Below, piece by piece: positions 39,129-48,921 of a stretch of 64,000 nt of DNA. The notes beneath the pieces were generated by a model. It was not told the origin of the DNA and searched no databases. It worked only from the letters and a program-made list of their open reading frames with translations. The stretch comes from Myxococcota bacterium. Lineage in GTDB: Bacteria; Myxococcota_A; UBA9160; UBA6930. Position 1 is the stretch's first letter; every line of letters starts with the position of its first letter. The stretch lies in contig OZ245002.1 in NCBI GenBank assembly GCA_965223415.1, positions 1,024,001 through 1,088,000 of the forward strand, read 5' to 3'. The position numbers and the translations under genes are program-made.

Positions 39129-40625
39129 CTACGACCCGCCGAGCAGGCTCAGTAGATTGCGGCGGGCGACGGCCATGATCGAGCCCTGCGGGTTCACCGT
39201 CGGTGCCGTCGGGAGCAGGCTGGCGTCGGCCACGTAGAGATCGTCGACGCCGTGCACCCGACCGTCGGAGTCGACGGCGCAGGCCTCCGACTCGCCCATC
39301 GGGCACGACGAAGACAGATGGATCGTCATCAGGTTGGTCCGACCCCGCTGCAGGGTGGCGAGACGGCGGGGCACGTCCTCGACCCGCTCGATGGGCGCGC
39401 CGAGCGACGTGCTGGGATAGAGCGCGTCCGCTCCGGCCGCGAACAGCAGCTCGCAGAGCCGCTGGGTCGCCTCGGCGAGATCCTGCAGGTCCTTCGGGGA
39501 GAGGCGGTAGAGCACCAGCGGATCCGAGAAGCCGGGCACGTTCCGCACCCATCCGCGCCCGCCGGAGGTGCGCGCCGAGTAGATCGCCATGTGCTGCCAC
39601 TCGTCCCGGAGGCGATGGAAGTCGCCCTCGTACTGCAGCATCTCCATGGCCAGATGACTCGGACCGCTGGCCGCGCAGGTGAAGAAGAAGCGCGGCGCGA
39701 AGTGATCCACCGCCGAGGTGGGAACGCCCATGCTGCCGTCGTTGACGACGTCCGGGAAGCGGGCCGTCACCTTCAGCGTCGGCTGCATGGCCAGGGAGTT
39801 GCCGACGTTGCGGCGGATCCCACTGCGGCGCAGCAGGGCCGGCGTGTGGACGGCGCCGCAGGCGACGAAGACCTGCCGTGCGACGATCTCCACCGCGCGC
39901 CGGTCGGCTCCCCGGCCGTGGATGGCCAGGAGCCTCCAGCGCCCCGCCTCCCGCCGCAGGCGCAGGACGCGGGTGTCCGGCGCCAGCCGGGCGCCGTCGT
40001 CGAGGGCCCAGGCCAGGTAGGTGCGCGACATGGAGGCGCGCCGGGCCTCGCCGTCCTGGCTCACGCGATTGCCGTCGTGGAAGGAGGTCGGCGAATCGAG
40101 GGAGCGGAAGCCGAGGCGCGCCGCGCCATCCCGCATCCGCTGGCCCTGGAGCGAAGGAGTGGCCGCCTTCGCGACCCCCAGCTCCTTCTCGATCGACTCG
40201 TAGTGGGGAGCGAGGTCGTCGGGAAGCAGATTCTGGACGCGGAAGGACTCGGTCCACTCCTCGAGGACGGCGTCGGGCGTCCGGTAGATGAGACCGGCGT
40301 TGACCTCGCTCCCGCCACCGACACAGCGGCCTTCCGCGTAGGTGACGCTCGGGTTGCCGAAGGCGACCGTGACGCCGCGGTTGCGGTACTTCTCCTCCAT
40401 CTCCTCGGAGGAGTAGGGGGCGACCGGCGCACGAATGGCGTCCGGGCCCTCCTCGAGGATCAGTACGTCGTGCCCCGCGCCGGCGAGGAGCGATGCCGCA
40501 ACGGCCCCGCCGGGGCCTGAGCCCACGATCGCCGTATCGCATTGCATGCGCGCCTCGGGCCACGCCACGATGCGGGGATGGCGAGACTCCGAAGCTCCTC
40601 CGGCGGGCTGCTCAGGCCCCGGCAT
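39129..40625 (-). CDS. GMC-family oxidoreductase
   Basis: IVGSGPGG FAD motif, GGGSEVN, HLSSSCPMG, LYVADASLLPT, VNPQ; the start may instead be at MQCDT. Confidence 0.9.
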   Translation of the reverse strand: MPGPEQPAGGASESRHPRIVAWPEARMQCDTAIVGSGPGGAVAASLLAGAGHDVLILEEGPDAIRAPVAPYSSEEMEEKYRNRGVTVAFGNPSVTYAEGRCVGGGSEVNAGLIYRTPDAVLEEWTESFRVQNLLPDDLAPHYESIEKELGVAKAATPSLQGQRMRDGAARLGFRSLDSPTSFHDGNRVSQDGEARRASMSRTYLAWALDDGARLAPDTRVLRLRREAGRWRLLAIHGRGADRRAVEIVARQVFVACGAVHTPALLRRSGIRRNVGNSLAMQPTLKVTARFPDVVNDGSMGVPTSAVDHFAPRFFFTCAASGPSHLAMEMLQYEGDFHRLRDEWQHMAIYSARTSGGRGWVRNVPGFSDPLVLYRLSPKDLQDLAEATQRLCELLFAAGADALYPSTSLGAPIERVEDVPRRLATLQRGRTNLMTIHLSSSCPMGESEACAVDSDGRVHGVDDLYVADASLLPTAPTVNPQGSIMAVARRNLLSLLGGS

Positions 40626-40962
40626 GCCCGTACCAGGAGTACACGGTCATGGTCTCGTAGAAGCGGATGAACTCGCGAACGATCGGCAGGCCCCGCCAGG
40701 CCGCGATCTGACGCCAGCGCGCCTCGTGGCCGGCCCGCCGGAAGGACGTGCCGGCGTGCAGCCAGCCCGTGGCGTCGAAGACCAGGGTGAGCAGGTAGAA
40801 GCCCCAGCGCACGTGGTCCGGCATGGCCCCGAGCTGCCCCAGGACGAAGCGCCGGACCTCCTCGCCACGCTCGGCGATCTGGGCCTCCGGTGCGGCGCAT
40901 CGCCCCCGGATGACGGTGTCGCACAGGGCTGCGATCGTCTGCTCCGTCCTGCTGGCTGCCAT
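40612..40962 (-). CDS. Small hypothetical protein, probable GMC partner subunit
   Basis: GGAGGG RBS; ALCDTVI motif; directly upstream of and overlapping the GMC gene. Confidence 0.6.
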   Translation of the reverse strand: MAASRTEQTIAALCDTVIRGRCAAPEAQIAERGEEVRRFVLGQLGAMPDHVRWGFYLLTLVFDATGWLHAGTSFRRAGHEARWRQIAAWRGLPIVREFIRFYETMTVYSWYGHAGA

Positions 40963-41389
40963 TGCCCTCCCCGGAGGTCCGCTGAGGTCCGATTGCAGTC
41001 CTCCCCCGGGCGCACCCGAGCCGGGACCACCGTAAGGTAGGTAGCCTACCCGCTGAGCTGGTGTCATTCGGCACTCTTCGGCGGCGGGAACAGACCCCGA
41101 CTCCCCGAGGGGACGCGAGCCGGCGAGCGGCTTCTAGGGCGAGGATCGGCGCCGTGGAGGAAGAGATCCACGACAAGCGCGGCGGGCAGCTCCGCGAGCG
41201 CGTCGGCCAGCTACGGCCGCTCCCCGATGCTGAGCGAACGCGAGCCCCTGGGAGGTCGAGGAAGGGGGGGCGAGCCGGCCGGGCTCCACGTTGCTGCGGG
41301 CCAGCGAGAAGGCGGGGCTCGTCCCTCGAGCGTTTCGGATGCGCGATTCGCGAGGCGGTCGCACCCCTGCTGCGGGGAGGGTCGCGTGC

Positions 41390-41720
41390 TCCCGCCGAGG
41401 AGTACTCGCCGCATGCTCTCGAGGTTCTACCGATGCAGCTGTTGTGGGGCGACCTCCACGTCCACAGCTCGTTCGGCTTCGATGCGAACTCGGCGGGCAA
41501 TCTCCGCCTTGAGCCCGCGGCTGCTTGACGTTTCGCGCGCGGCGATGCCGTGGTCGCGAACAGCGGCATGACGGCACGGCTCGAGCAGCCGCTCGACTTC
41601 CTGGTCGTGCCTGATCACCCGGAGTAGTTGGGTCGTCTGCCTGCGGTGCGGTGCGACGACCCGGCGGCCCTCGCCGACCCGGACGCACTTCGACTTCGCG
41701 ATGAACGGAAGGATCCGCTG
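41390..41720 (+). pseudogene. DUF3604-family (PHP-like) N-terminal pseudogene fragment
   Basis: YSP...LLWGDLHVHSSFGFDA...*RFARGDAV...PLDFLVVPDHPE*LG with in-frame TGA (41526) and TAG (about 41625); boundaries approximate. Confidence 0.7.
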
Positions 41721-41815
41721 GGAGGGGGGGGTCGGCATCGTCGCGACGCTGGGCGACCGCATCTCACCGCTTGGTGTTGTGTATCGACTCCGGTCGGGTC
41801 TTCGTTCGCTCGAGC

Positions 41816-42727
41816 TCATTCTTTCATATGGAAATCGACACTGTTCTTCAGGAGGAAATCGGCTTCTTTGTAGTCGGGGTAGAGCGCTTCCATTTCGGAC
41901 ATGGCCTCTGCTCTCGAACTAGCACTCGTGGTTACCCGATTGAAGTTGTCGATGTACCTGACCATGGTCGCGAACAGGCCAACATCAACATTGTCTGGGT
42001 CGCCGTGGCCTGGGTACACGGTCGGGCTGATGCTGGCATACCTGACTTGCAGTTCAACCAGTGCTTTCCGCCAATTCGCAATGTGTGCGTCAGTGACGCC
42101 GGAGCCGAACCAGAGGTGAACGTCGTGGTAGCCGAAGTCCGACGCGAACAGGCTGTTGATTTCTTCAACGTAGACGGTCGTCGGATGGTCCGATTCGGCG
42201 GGTGCATATGAAGTTTCGATCTTCAGGGTCCCGCCGCCCTCGAGTTCCAGGGTATCGCCGTCCAGCACGTTGATGTTGGCTTCATAGTCGAAACCACTCG
42301 GGTTCGTTCTGGATCTGGGTTTGAGGGCCGGTTCGGCGTCGAGCCAGCCAATGCCTTCCATGTATGTCGAGAAGGCGATGATGTCCTTCTTGATGTCTTC
42401 GGTCGGCACGACGATCTTGACCTCAGGGAACTCCTTCATCAGCCAGTTCATTCCGATGTAGTGATCGGGGTGACCGTGGCTGATCAGGATGTACTGGAGC
42501 GGCAAGTCCTTGGCGCGGATCACCTCGGCGAGCTTCTTCGCCTCGCTCGTCGCCCGCTGCACGTCCATGACGATCAGGGACTCACCGTTCGAGAAGATGT
42601 AGGAGTTCACCGTGGCCACCTCGCCGCGATAGATGTCCACTTCGATGGGCTGAGCCGCTCGTGCGTGTAGTTGGGCGAGAGAGAAAACGGCCACTACCGC
42701 CAGCACGACCCTTTTGAGTGTCCGCAT
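41816..42727 (-). CDS. Secreted MBL-fold metallo-hydrolase
   Basis: Signal peptide; SHGHPDH, ASD, YPGHG motifs. Confidence 0.88.
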   Translation of the reverse strand: MRTLKRVVLAVVAVFSLAQLHARAAQPIEVDIYRGEVATVNSYIFSNGESLIVMDVQRATSEAKKLAEVIRAKDLPLQYILISHGHPDHYIGMNWLMKEFPEVKIVVPTEDIKKDIIAFSTYMEGIGWLDAEPALKPRSRTNPSGFDYEANINVLDGDTLELEGGGTLKIETSYAPAESDHPTTVYVEEINSLFASDFGYHDVHLWFGSGVTDAHIANWRKALVELQVRYASISPTVYPGHGDPDNVDVGLFATMVRYIDNFNRVTTSASSRAEAMSEMEALYPDYKEADFLLKNSVDFHMKE

Positions 42728-42839
42728 GGTCTGATCCCTCCATTTCCGGGTTTCTTGACGCTTTCCGGACGACTCTAGACGGCGCGATTGCCCTGATCAT
42801 CACTTGATTGCGTGAGTGATAATCCGGAAACTCCGGATA

Positions 42840-43739
42840 ATGAGAATCGACGATGTCCTCCTGTTCGAACGGATCGCGGCGCTCAACTCGGTCTCCGCCG
42901 GTGGTGCCGCATGTGGCCTGTCCGCCACTGTGTCCAGTGACCGGCTGAAGCGGCTGGAAGCAGACCTTGGCTGCACCCTGCTGAATCGGACGACCCGCTC
43001 CATGTCCCTGACAGACCAGGGCTCGCGGTTCCTAGAACACGCGAAGGATCTGCTCGCCACATACGAGGCCACGCGCAATAGCGTGGGCAGGAGATCCGAA
43101 ACGCCGACGGGGCTCTTGCGGGTGGCAGCGCCGTCGCTGTTCGGCAAGAAGTTTCTGCCCGCAGTCATCCGCTCCTTCCTGACGAACTACACAGAGACAC
43201 GCCTGAATCTGAACTTGTCCGACGAGATCCTGAACTACACGGTTGAAGGCATCGATGTCGCCATTCGGATTGGCCGGCTGAAGGATTCGACGATGGTCGC
43301 ACGCAAGCTAGCCGACAATCACCGAGTACTCTGTGCCTCCCCGTCCTACATTCGACGCAATGGCATGCCCTCGGATCCGTCGGAGCTCCACCGACACGAT
43401 TGCATCATCTTCGTCGGCGAAGCCACCTGGCACATGAGCAAGGACTCGGAAGACGCGCGGGTCAGAGTATCCGGCAGGTTCGACACCAATAGCGCCGAAA
43501 TGGCCACGCAGGCGACCCTCGACGGCTTGGGCATCGCGCTGCGATCGCTGTGGGATATCGCAGATGATTTGAAGGCGGGCAGGCTCGTCCGCGTCCTGCC
43601 CGACCACGAGGTGCCCACCCAGTTCTCCATCTACGCGATCTATCCACCGGGGCGCTTCGTATCCCCGACCGCCAAGGCGTTCGTAGAACTCGTTCACAGG
43701 AATCTGCCCACGCTGGAGCTTCAACCGGCATCGCAGTGA
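42840..43739 (+). CDS. LysR-family regulator (CrgA-like)
   Basis: LEADLGCTLLNRTTRSMSLTDQG, IDVAIRIG, LCASPSY; divergent from the MBL gene. Confidence 0.93.
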   Translation: MRIDDVLLFERIAALNSVSAGGAACGLSATVSSDRLKRLEADLGCTLLNRTTRSMSLTDQGSRFLEHAKDLLATYEATRNSVGRRSETPTGLLRVAAPSLFGKKFLPAVIRSFLTNYTETRLNLNLSDEILNYTVEGIDVAIRIGRLKDSTMVARKLADNHRVLCASPSYIRRNGMPSDPSELHRHDCIIFVGEATWHMSKDSEDARVRVSGRFDTNSAEMATQATLDGLGIALRSLWDIADDLKAGRLVRVLPDHEVPTQFSIYAIYPPGRFVSPTAKAFVELVHRNLPTLELQPASQ

Positions 43740-43840
43740 GGTCCGCCTGTCGATTCCCGCGGGCATGACCCAGGTATTCTCACGGGGTTGACCCATGGGT
43801 CCCGGGCCGGTGGATGAGGTAGCACGCTCCTTGTTTGGCG

Positions 43841-44647
43841 TCAGCGGACGCGGGTTCGGCGGCGGCTTCGGCGCTGGGGATTGGCGGGGGTGTGGGTCGG
43901 CATTTCGCCGGGGCGCTGTTGCTTGCGGTAGCTCTCGCCCTCGATGACGAGCTGGTAGGCGTTGTGGGCGAGGCGGTCGAGGGCGCTCTGGGCCAGGATG
44001 GGGTCGTCGAAGAGGGGGATCCATTCCTCGATGGCGCGGTTGCTGGTGACGATCGTCGAAGCGCGGCGGTGGCGTTCGAGGACGACCTCGTAGAGATCGC
44101 TCGACTGCTCGGCGGAGAGGCGCCGGAGGCCGAAGTCGTCGAGGACGAGGAGGTCCGGGGCGAGGAGGCGTCGGAAGACCTTCTCGGTCGAGAGGTCGGC
44201 TCGCGACTGGTGGAGCCAGTGGAACATGCGGTCGACGCGGAGGAAGAGGACGTGGTGCCCGGCCCGGCAGGCGGCGTGTCCCAGGGCGGAGGCCAGGAAG
44301 GTCTTGCCCACGCCCACGGGGCCGAGCAGGATGACGTCCTCGTGGCGCTCGAGGAAGCCGAGGGAGAAGAGGTCCTTCACGCGATCGCGATCGAAGGTGA
44401 CGGGGGCATCCCAGTCGAAGGCCTCGAGGGTCTGCTCTTCCTCGAAGCCGGCGCGGGAAAGGCGCGTCTCGAGGTTCTTGTGGTCGCGGCGATCGACTTC
44501 GTCCTGAAGGACGAGCTCCAGGAGGTCGAGCTCAGGGAGCTTCGTCTTCCGGGTGTAGGCCACGCGATCGGGGAGCGTGGCCAGCATGCCCGAGAGCTTC
44601 AGGCGTTTGAGCAGGGTCTTGAGGGACGGGTTGATCTCGGTCGTCAT
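43841..44647 (-). CDS. istB: IS21 helper ATPase IstB
   Basis: GPVGVGKT, LLVLDDFG, TSNR, LDRLAHNA, GESYR. Confidence 0.95.
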   Translation of the reverse strand: MTTEINPSLKTLLKRLKLSGMLATLPDRVAYTRKTKLPELDLLELVLQDEVDRRDHKNLETRLSRAGFEEEQTLEAFDWDAPVTFDRDRVKDLFSLGFLERHEDVILLGPVGVGKTFLASALGHAACRAGHHVLFLRVDRMFHWLHQSRADLSTEKVFRRLLAPDLLVLDDFGLRRLSAEQSSDLYEVVLERHRRASTIVTSNRAIEEWIPLFDDPILAQSALDRLAHNAYQLVIEGESYRKQQRPGEMPTHTPANPQRRSRRRTRVR

Positions 44648-46244
44648 GGGGGGTGGTCTCCTTGTCGGGGTTGTCGTTGGGGTGGGTGAAGTGCCCTTGC
44701 GGGCGCAGGAAACGGGGCGGCAGGAGCAGGAGCTGTCCGGGGGTGCTGGGGTCGCCGAGCGGCTGGATGCCTTCGGCCACGATGCGTTCGAGGCGCTTCG
44801 TGTTGATGAGGTCGAAGGCGAGGGCCCTGCGGCAGCCGGCGTCGACGCGCGGCAGGCCGTACTTGTGGCCGAGGCGAAGCAGCTTCTGGGCCTGGCGGAG
44901 CTTGGACCAGGGGAAGGGGCCGGCCAGGAGCTTCTCGGCGAAGCGCCCAATGTGAGGCCCCTGGTCGCGCGCCTGGCGGATCGCCGCTTCCGGGTCCCGC
45001 ATGGCGTAGGGGGCACGCTCGGGCGGATAGTCGTGGTAGTCGGTGGAGCGGCAGCCAGGGTCCACGCGCTCGTGGGTCTTGATGCACTCGCCGTCGACGT
45101 ACATGCGGATGAGCTTCGAGTCGCCGCGAACCCAGACGCGCTTGCCCACGTGGCGGGTGGGCACGGTGTAGAAGGCCTTTTGGAACTGGACGTGGTGGTC
45201 GGGGTGGACCTTCGCCTCGGCCCAGGTGGGCGGATCGAAGCGCGGGCGCACGAGGGGCTGCAGAGCCGGCTTCTCCGTGTTCTCGAAGACGGCCAGGGGC
45301 CTCTTGCGCGTCGTCCCGTGAGTGCGCTGGCCGGCGACCTCCAGGCACCAGCGCGCGGCCTCGCGCTGCACGTGGTCGCGTCCCAGCCACTGCTCGCCAC
45401 GGAAGAAGCGCTCGCGCACGTACTGCACCTGGCGCTCGACGTGGGGCTTGCCCTTGGGATGCCGAGGCACGGCGGCATCGATGACGAAGCCGCGGTAGTG
45501 GGCGTACTCGGCGAAGGTGCGCTGGAAGATCGGCTCGTAGCGGTCGGCCTTCGTGACGGCCGCCTTCAGATTGTCCAGCACCACGCGCACCGGGACCCCG
45601 CCGAAGAACGCCCAGGCGTCCTCGAGCCCCTCGAGCAGATCGGGGAGCTTCTGGCCGTAGGTCACGTGGACGTACTGGTGGCGGCTATGGACGAGGGTGA
45701 CGATCAGGGCATGAACGGTGCGGCGGCGCCCGGTCTCCGGATCCCAGACCATGCCGAGGCGGCCGAAGTCGACCTCGGCGAGCTCGCCGGGGGCCACCGC
45801 CGCCATGCGCACCGTCACCCGGCGCCGGTCTTGGAACCCGCAGTGGCGGACCGCGAAGCGGTGGAGCGAGCTGTAGGGGACGCGCACGCCCTCGCGCCCG
45901 AGCAGGTCGTAGACCTTCGTCAGCCGCAGTCCTCGGCCACCCGCCTCGGGCTGGAGCCACGCTCGGATCCGGTCGGCATGCGGCGCCAGCTGCGCCTCGC
46001 TCTCTCCCGCGTCGCGCTGCGTGGGCACAGGCCGCACCCGAGCCGCCACCCCTTGGGCCAGGGCCTCATCCGGCTCCCTCGGCCCCCTGGCGACCCAGCC
46101 CAGCTCCCCGGCGACTTGCACGTAGCGCCGGATCGTCTTGCGCGTGTGCCCCGTGGCCCGCGCCATCGCCACCTGGCTCTCGCCTCGGTGCGCCCGGCGG
46201 AGCACCTCCAGAATCTCCCACATGCCGACCTCGCGATACGCCAT
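44532..46244 (-). CDS. istA: IS21 DDE transposase IstA
   Basis: PGELAEVDFG, FFGGVP, DNLK, PKGKPHVE, YTVP. Confidence 0.95.
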   Translation of the reverse strand: MAYREVGMWEILEVLRRAHRGESQVAMARATGHTRKTIRRYVQVAGELGWVARGPREPDEALAQGVAARVRPVPTQRDAGESEAQLAPHADRIRAWLQPEAGGRGLRLTKVYDLLGREGVRVPYSSLHRFAVRHCGFQDRRRVTVRMAAVAPGELAEVDFGRLGMVWDPETGRRRTVHALIVTLVHSRHQYVHVTYGQKLPDLLEGLEDAWAFFGGVPVRVVLDNLKAAVTKADRYEPIFQRTFAEYAHYRGFVIDAAVPRHPKGKPHVERQVQYVRERFFRGEQWLGRDHVQREAARWCLEVAGQRTHGTTRKRPLAVFENTEKPALQPLVRPRFDPPTWAEAKVHPDHHVQFQKAFYTVPTRHVGKRVWVRGDSKLIRMYVDGECIKTHERVDPGCRSTDYHDYPPERAPYAMRDPEAAIRQARDQGPHIGRFAEKLLAGPFPWSKLRQAQKLLRLGHKYGLPRVDAGCRRALAFDLINTKRLERIVAEGIQPLGDPSTPGQLLLLPPRFLRPQGHFTHPNDNPDKETTPHDDRDQPVPQDPAQTPEALGHAGHAPRSRGLHPEDEAP

Positions 46245-46589
46245 CTGCCTGCGCCTCCTCTGGCGCCGCAGAATGGCCTGGGTCGGCCACGGGACCGGCC
46301 TCCTCCTGAGCCCCCCCCATCTGGGGTGGGTCATGCTCGTGAGAAAACCGCGGTCAGGCCTGGGTCATGCCCGTGAGAAAAGGTGAGTCATGCCCGTGAG
46401 AAATGACACGCCCATTGCCGCCGGCCGCGCCTCCATCGCGCGACTTCAAAGCGGTGACGCGGACTGACCCCTGCTGGCAGTGCAGGGGAGTGCACCGGGG
46501 TGCAGAGAACGGTCGTCTGGAAGGCACCAGGTCCGCGGACGGCACTGGACGGCGCCTCCGAGGGAGAAGAAGTCCTGCCCACGTTCGCC

Positions 46590-46900
46590 GAGCCCTATGT
46601 GGTAGTGACGAACCCAGGCTTCATGGGCTGGTCGGTGGCGGAGACCATCAACCAGGCGGCCTGGATCTACGCCGCGAGGAGCTTCGCCGTCGGCCTCGAC
46701 TTCTTCCTCGCAGCGTATCTGTGCAGCGCACCGATGCTCTTCATCCTGATCTTCGTTCGGTTCGTGACCGATCTCATCGACCTGCCCACGTTCTTGGTCT
46801 TCATCACTCGAATCCTGGACGCGTCATCGGGATCTTCGTCTTCCTCTACTACATCCCGGCTCTCGTAGCGCTGCGATTTCCGTGGGGCGAGATGAAGGGT
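46590..46900 (+). pseudogene. Frameshifted small membrane-protein remnant
   Basis: WIYAARSFAVG...RFVTDLIDLP continues in another frame as VIGIFVFLYYIPAL; no clean start. Confidence 0.45.
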
Positions 46901-47130
46901 GAGACGCGTCCTGGCCGGCATCGGGTTTCTGATGAATCAGCGGGTTTCCGCGGGCCCGAACGTACCGGTCGAATGGGACCAGGGTCCGGAGGCACCGAGT
47001 ATGGACGGCGACCGCCCTCCCAACGCGATCTTGGTCCTCGCCGACGACCTCGGGTGGAACGATCTCACCTTCGGGGGTGGGGGCGTCGCCGGCGGGACCG
47101 TGCCGACCCCGAACATCGATTGCGGCCGAA
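46899..47130 (+). pseudogene. Sulfatase N-terminal fragment
   Basis: RPPNAILVLADDLGWNDL...TPNID, then truncated. Confidence 0.75.
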
Positions 47131-47444
47131 GGTGACCTGCCCCGGGTCGATCCGGCGGTGCCGATCGAAGAGAGCGTCGCAGGAGAGTCCGCGAATGTCC
47201 TTGGCGAGACATCGCTGACACCTGATTCCGGAGACATGGTCTGATCTACGAGCGCGACAAAACCTGTGGCCTGGCCGGTCTCCAAGACCGACCCCGGCGC
47301 CCCTACCGCCACGCGAGCCAACTCCCGCACCAGATCGAGCGCGATCCTCGGGATCAAGAAGGAGCACACCTCCTGGTCGAAAAGGTTGCGTCTATGGTTT
47401 CTCCATGAAATAATTGCGTTGGTCAATCTTCACCGGGAGGCCCC

Positions 47445-48038
47445 ATGTCCGACGACAGCGAGCGAACCGCAATCGTCCTGATCGACCACCAGGTCGGCAC
47501 CATGGGTTGGGTGCGGACGACTTCGGTCGAGACGATGGAAAGAAACGCTGCGGCGCTTGCGGAGACCGCGGTAGCGCTTGGAGCGCCCGTGGTGCTCACC
47601 AGCAGCATGGAGAACGCGCCCCAAGGCCCCTTGTTCCCGAAGCTCGAAGAGATCGTCCCCGATGCGTTCGCAAAGCGGGTTCAACGTGCCGGTATCGTGA
47701 ATGGCTGGGAGGATCCCGACTTCTCCGGCGCCGTTCGAGCGACTGACTGCAAGCGGCTCGTCATGGCTGGGGTTACGACCGACGTGTGCCTAGCACCGCC
47801 CGTCATCGGCGCCGTGCGCGAGGGCTACCGGGTCGACGCCGTCATAGACGCCTCGGGTTCCCCCACGCAGCTCGCAGAGGACCTGGCCCTCCGACGGATG
47901 GAACAAGCCGGTGCATCGCTTACCACCACGATCGCGGTTCTCTCGGAGCTCGCACGGGATTGGACCAGCCCCGCCGGCGACAAGCTGCTCCAACTCGTCA
48001 CTGGCAAGCTCCTCCCCGCCGAGCTCGGTACAGCCTGA
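47445..48038 (+). CDS. Isochorismatase-family (YcaC-like) cysteine hydrolase
   Basis: VLIDHQ, VVLTSS, AGVTTDVCL, DASGS. Confidence 0.88.
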   Translation: MSDDSERTAIVLIDHQVGTMGWVRTTSVETMERNAAALAETAVALGAPVVLTSSMENAPQGPLFPKLEEIVPDAFAKRVQRAGIVNGWEDPDFSGAVRATDCKRLVMAGVTTDVCLAPPVIGAVREGYRVDAVIDASGSPTQLAEDLALRRMEQAGASLTTTIAVLSELARDWTSPAGDKLLQLVTGKLLPAELGTA

Positions 48039-48047
48039 GGACTTCCC

Positions 48048-48512
48048 TTGGCGACGCGGTTCAGCCTCCACGACAGCACGGGGCACTGGTTGGCACGTCT
48101 CTTCTCCGCCATGCGTGCCGAGTTCGACGACGCTCTTCGTGCGAAGGGTGTGACGATGGCCGAGTGGGCAGTACTCGCCGCGGCACGAGACGGCGTGCGG
48201 CTCCCCTCTGAGGTGGCCGCCTACGCCGGCGTGAGCCGTGCTGTGGTGTCCCGCTCGCTCGAACGCCTCGAGGAGCGGGGTCTGATTACGCGGGAGCCCT
48301 CCCAGCGCGACCGCCGGGCGGTCATCATCGGTTTGACGCGAACGGGTTCCCGGGTGGCCGACGCACTCGTGGCGGAAAACGAGCGCATCAATGCCGCCTT
48401 CGCTTCGGGCCTCTCGGCAGCGGAGATGAAAGCGTTTCGTCGGACCGTCCAGCGAATGCTCGCGAACCGACCTCGAGAGGCCAACAAGGAGGATCCCCCG
48501 CATGCGCCTTGA
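48048..48512 (+). CDS. MarR-family regulator
   Basis: VSRSLERLEERGLITR, DRRAVIIGLTRTG. Confidence 0.9.
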   Translation: MATRFSLHDSTGHWLARLFSAMRAEFDDALRAKGVTMAEWAVLAAARDGVRLPSEVAAYAGVSRAVVSRSLERLEERGLITREPSQRDRRAVIIGLTRTGSRVADALVAENERINAAFASGLSAAEMKAFRRTVQRMLANRPREANKEDPPHAP

Positions 48513-48921
48513 CAGCCTCATCGCTGGCATCGCCCATATCGGGGTCCGCGTGCATGACCTCCAGACGGCCCGCGCCTTCTACGAGGGCCTCGGCTTTCGC
48601 TTCGTTGCGGGTCCCGTAGGCCCGGAACCAGCCGCGATTCTCGAGCACCCCTCGGGCACGGTCGTCAACTTCATTCTCAACGCCAACTCCGGTACCTCGA
48701 AGAATGTGCTGATGGACCTCCCGGAGAAACACCCTGGCTACACGCACATCGCGCTCGCCGTTTCGGACCTACGCGCTGTGCAAGCCGAGTTGAGCGACCT
48801 CGGCGTGCGAATCACCGAGGGACCCATGAAACTCGGACCGGGGGTGCGCGCACTCTTCGTCCGCGACCCTGACGGCAACGTGATCGAGTTCAATCAGGCT
48901 CGCCAGCCTGCGGACGGCTAG
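48502..48921 (+). CDS. VOC/glyoxalase-family protein
   Basis: HIGVRVHDL, YTHIALAV, FVRDPDGNVIEF. Confidence 0.9.
   Translation: MRLDSLIAGIAHIGVRVHDLQTARAFYEGLGFRFVAGPVGPEPAAILEHPSGTVVNFILNANSGTSKNVLMDLPEKHPGYTHIALAVSDLRAVQAELSDLGVRITEGPMKLGPGVRALFVRDPDGNVIEFNQARQPADG

Larger units (their letters stand above)
43748..46408 (-). mobile_element. IS21-family insertion sequence, type A (complete)
   Basis: Ends TGTCGATTCCCGCGGGCATGACCC and (reverse) TGTCATTTCTCACGGGCATGACTC; repeated subterminal TCATGCCCGTGAGAAA motifs; 4-bp target duplication CGCC (43744-43747, 46409-46412); carries istA and istB. Confidence 0.93.

Noticed and set aside
171..41000. Many long Arg/Pro/Gly-rich ORFs in the track (e.g. 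23232..27224, 27873..31103, 37648..40563)
   Set aside because: Shadow or antisense frames typical of high-GC DNA; only the motif-bearing portions were kept.
41526..41528. In-frame TGA in the DUF3604-like frame as a second selenocysteine
   Set aside because: No Cys-type motif at this position, a second in-frame TAG follows, and the gene is truncated: a pseudogene.
46325..46408. Three ~20-bp repeats resembling a mini CRISPR array
   Set aside because: Spacers are too short, no cas genes are present, and they are IS21 subterminal transposase-binding repeats mirrored at 43748.
47133..47145. TGACCTGCCCC as an IS3-type terminal repeat
   Set aside because: No IS3 ORFs or partner IR; it runs into an aldo/keto reductase-like coding scrap.
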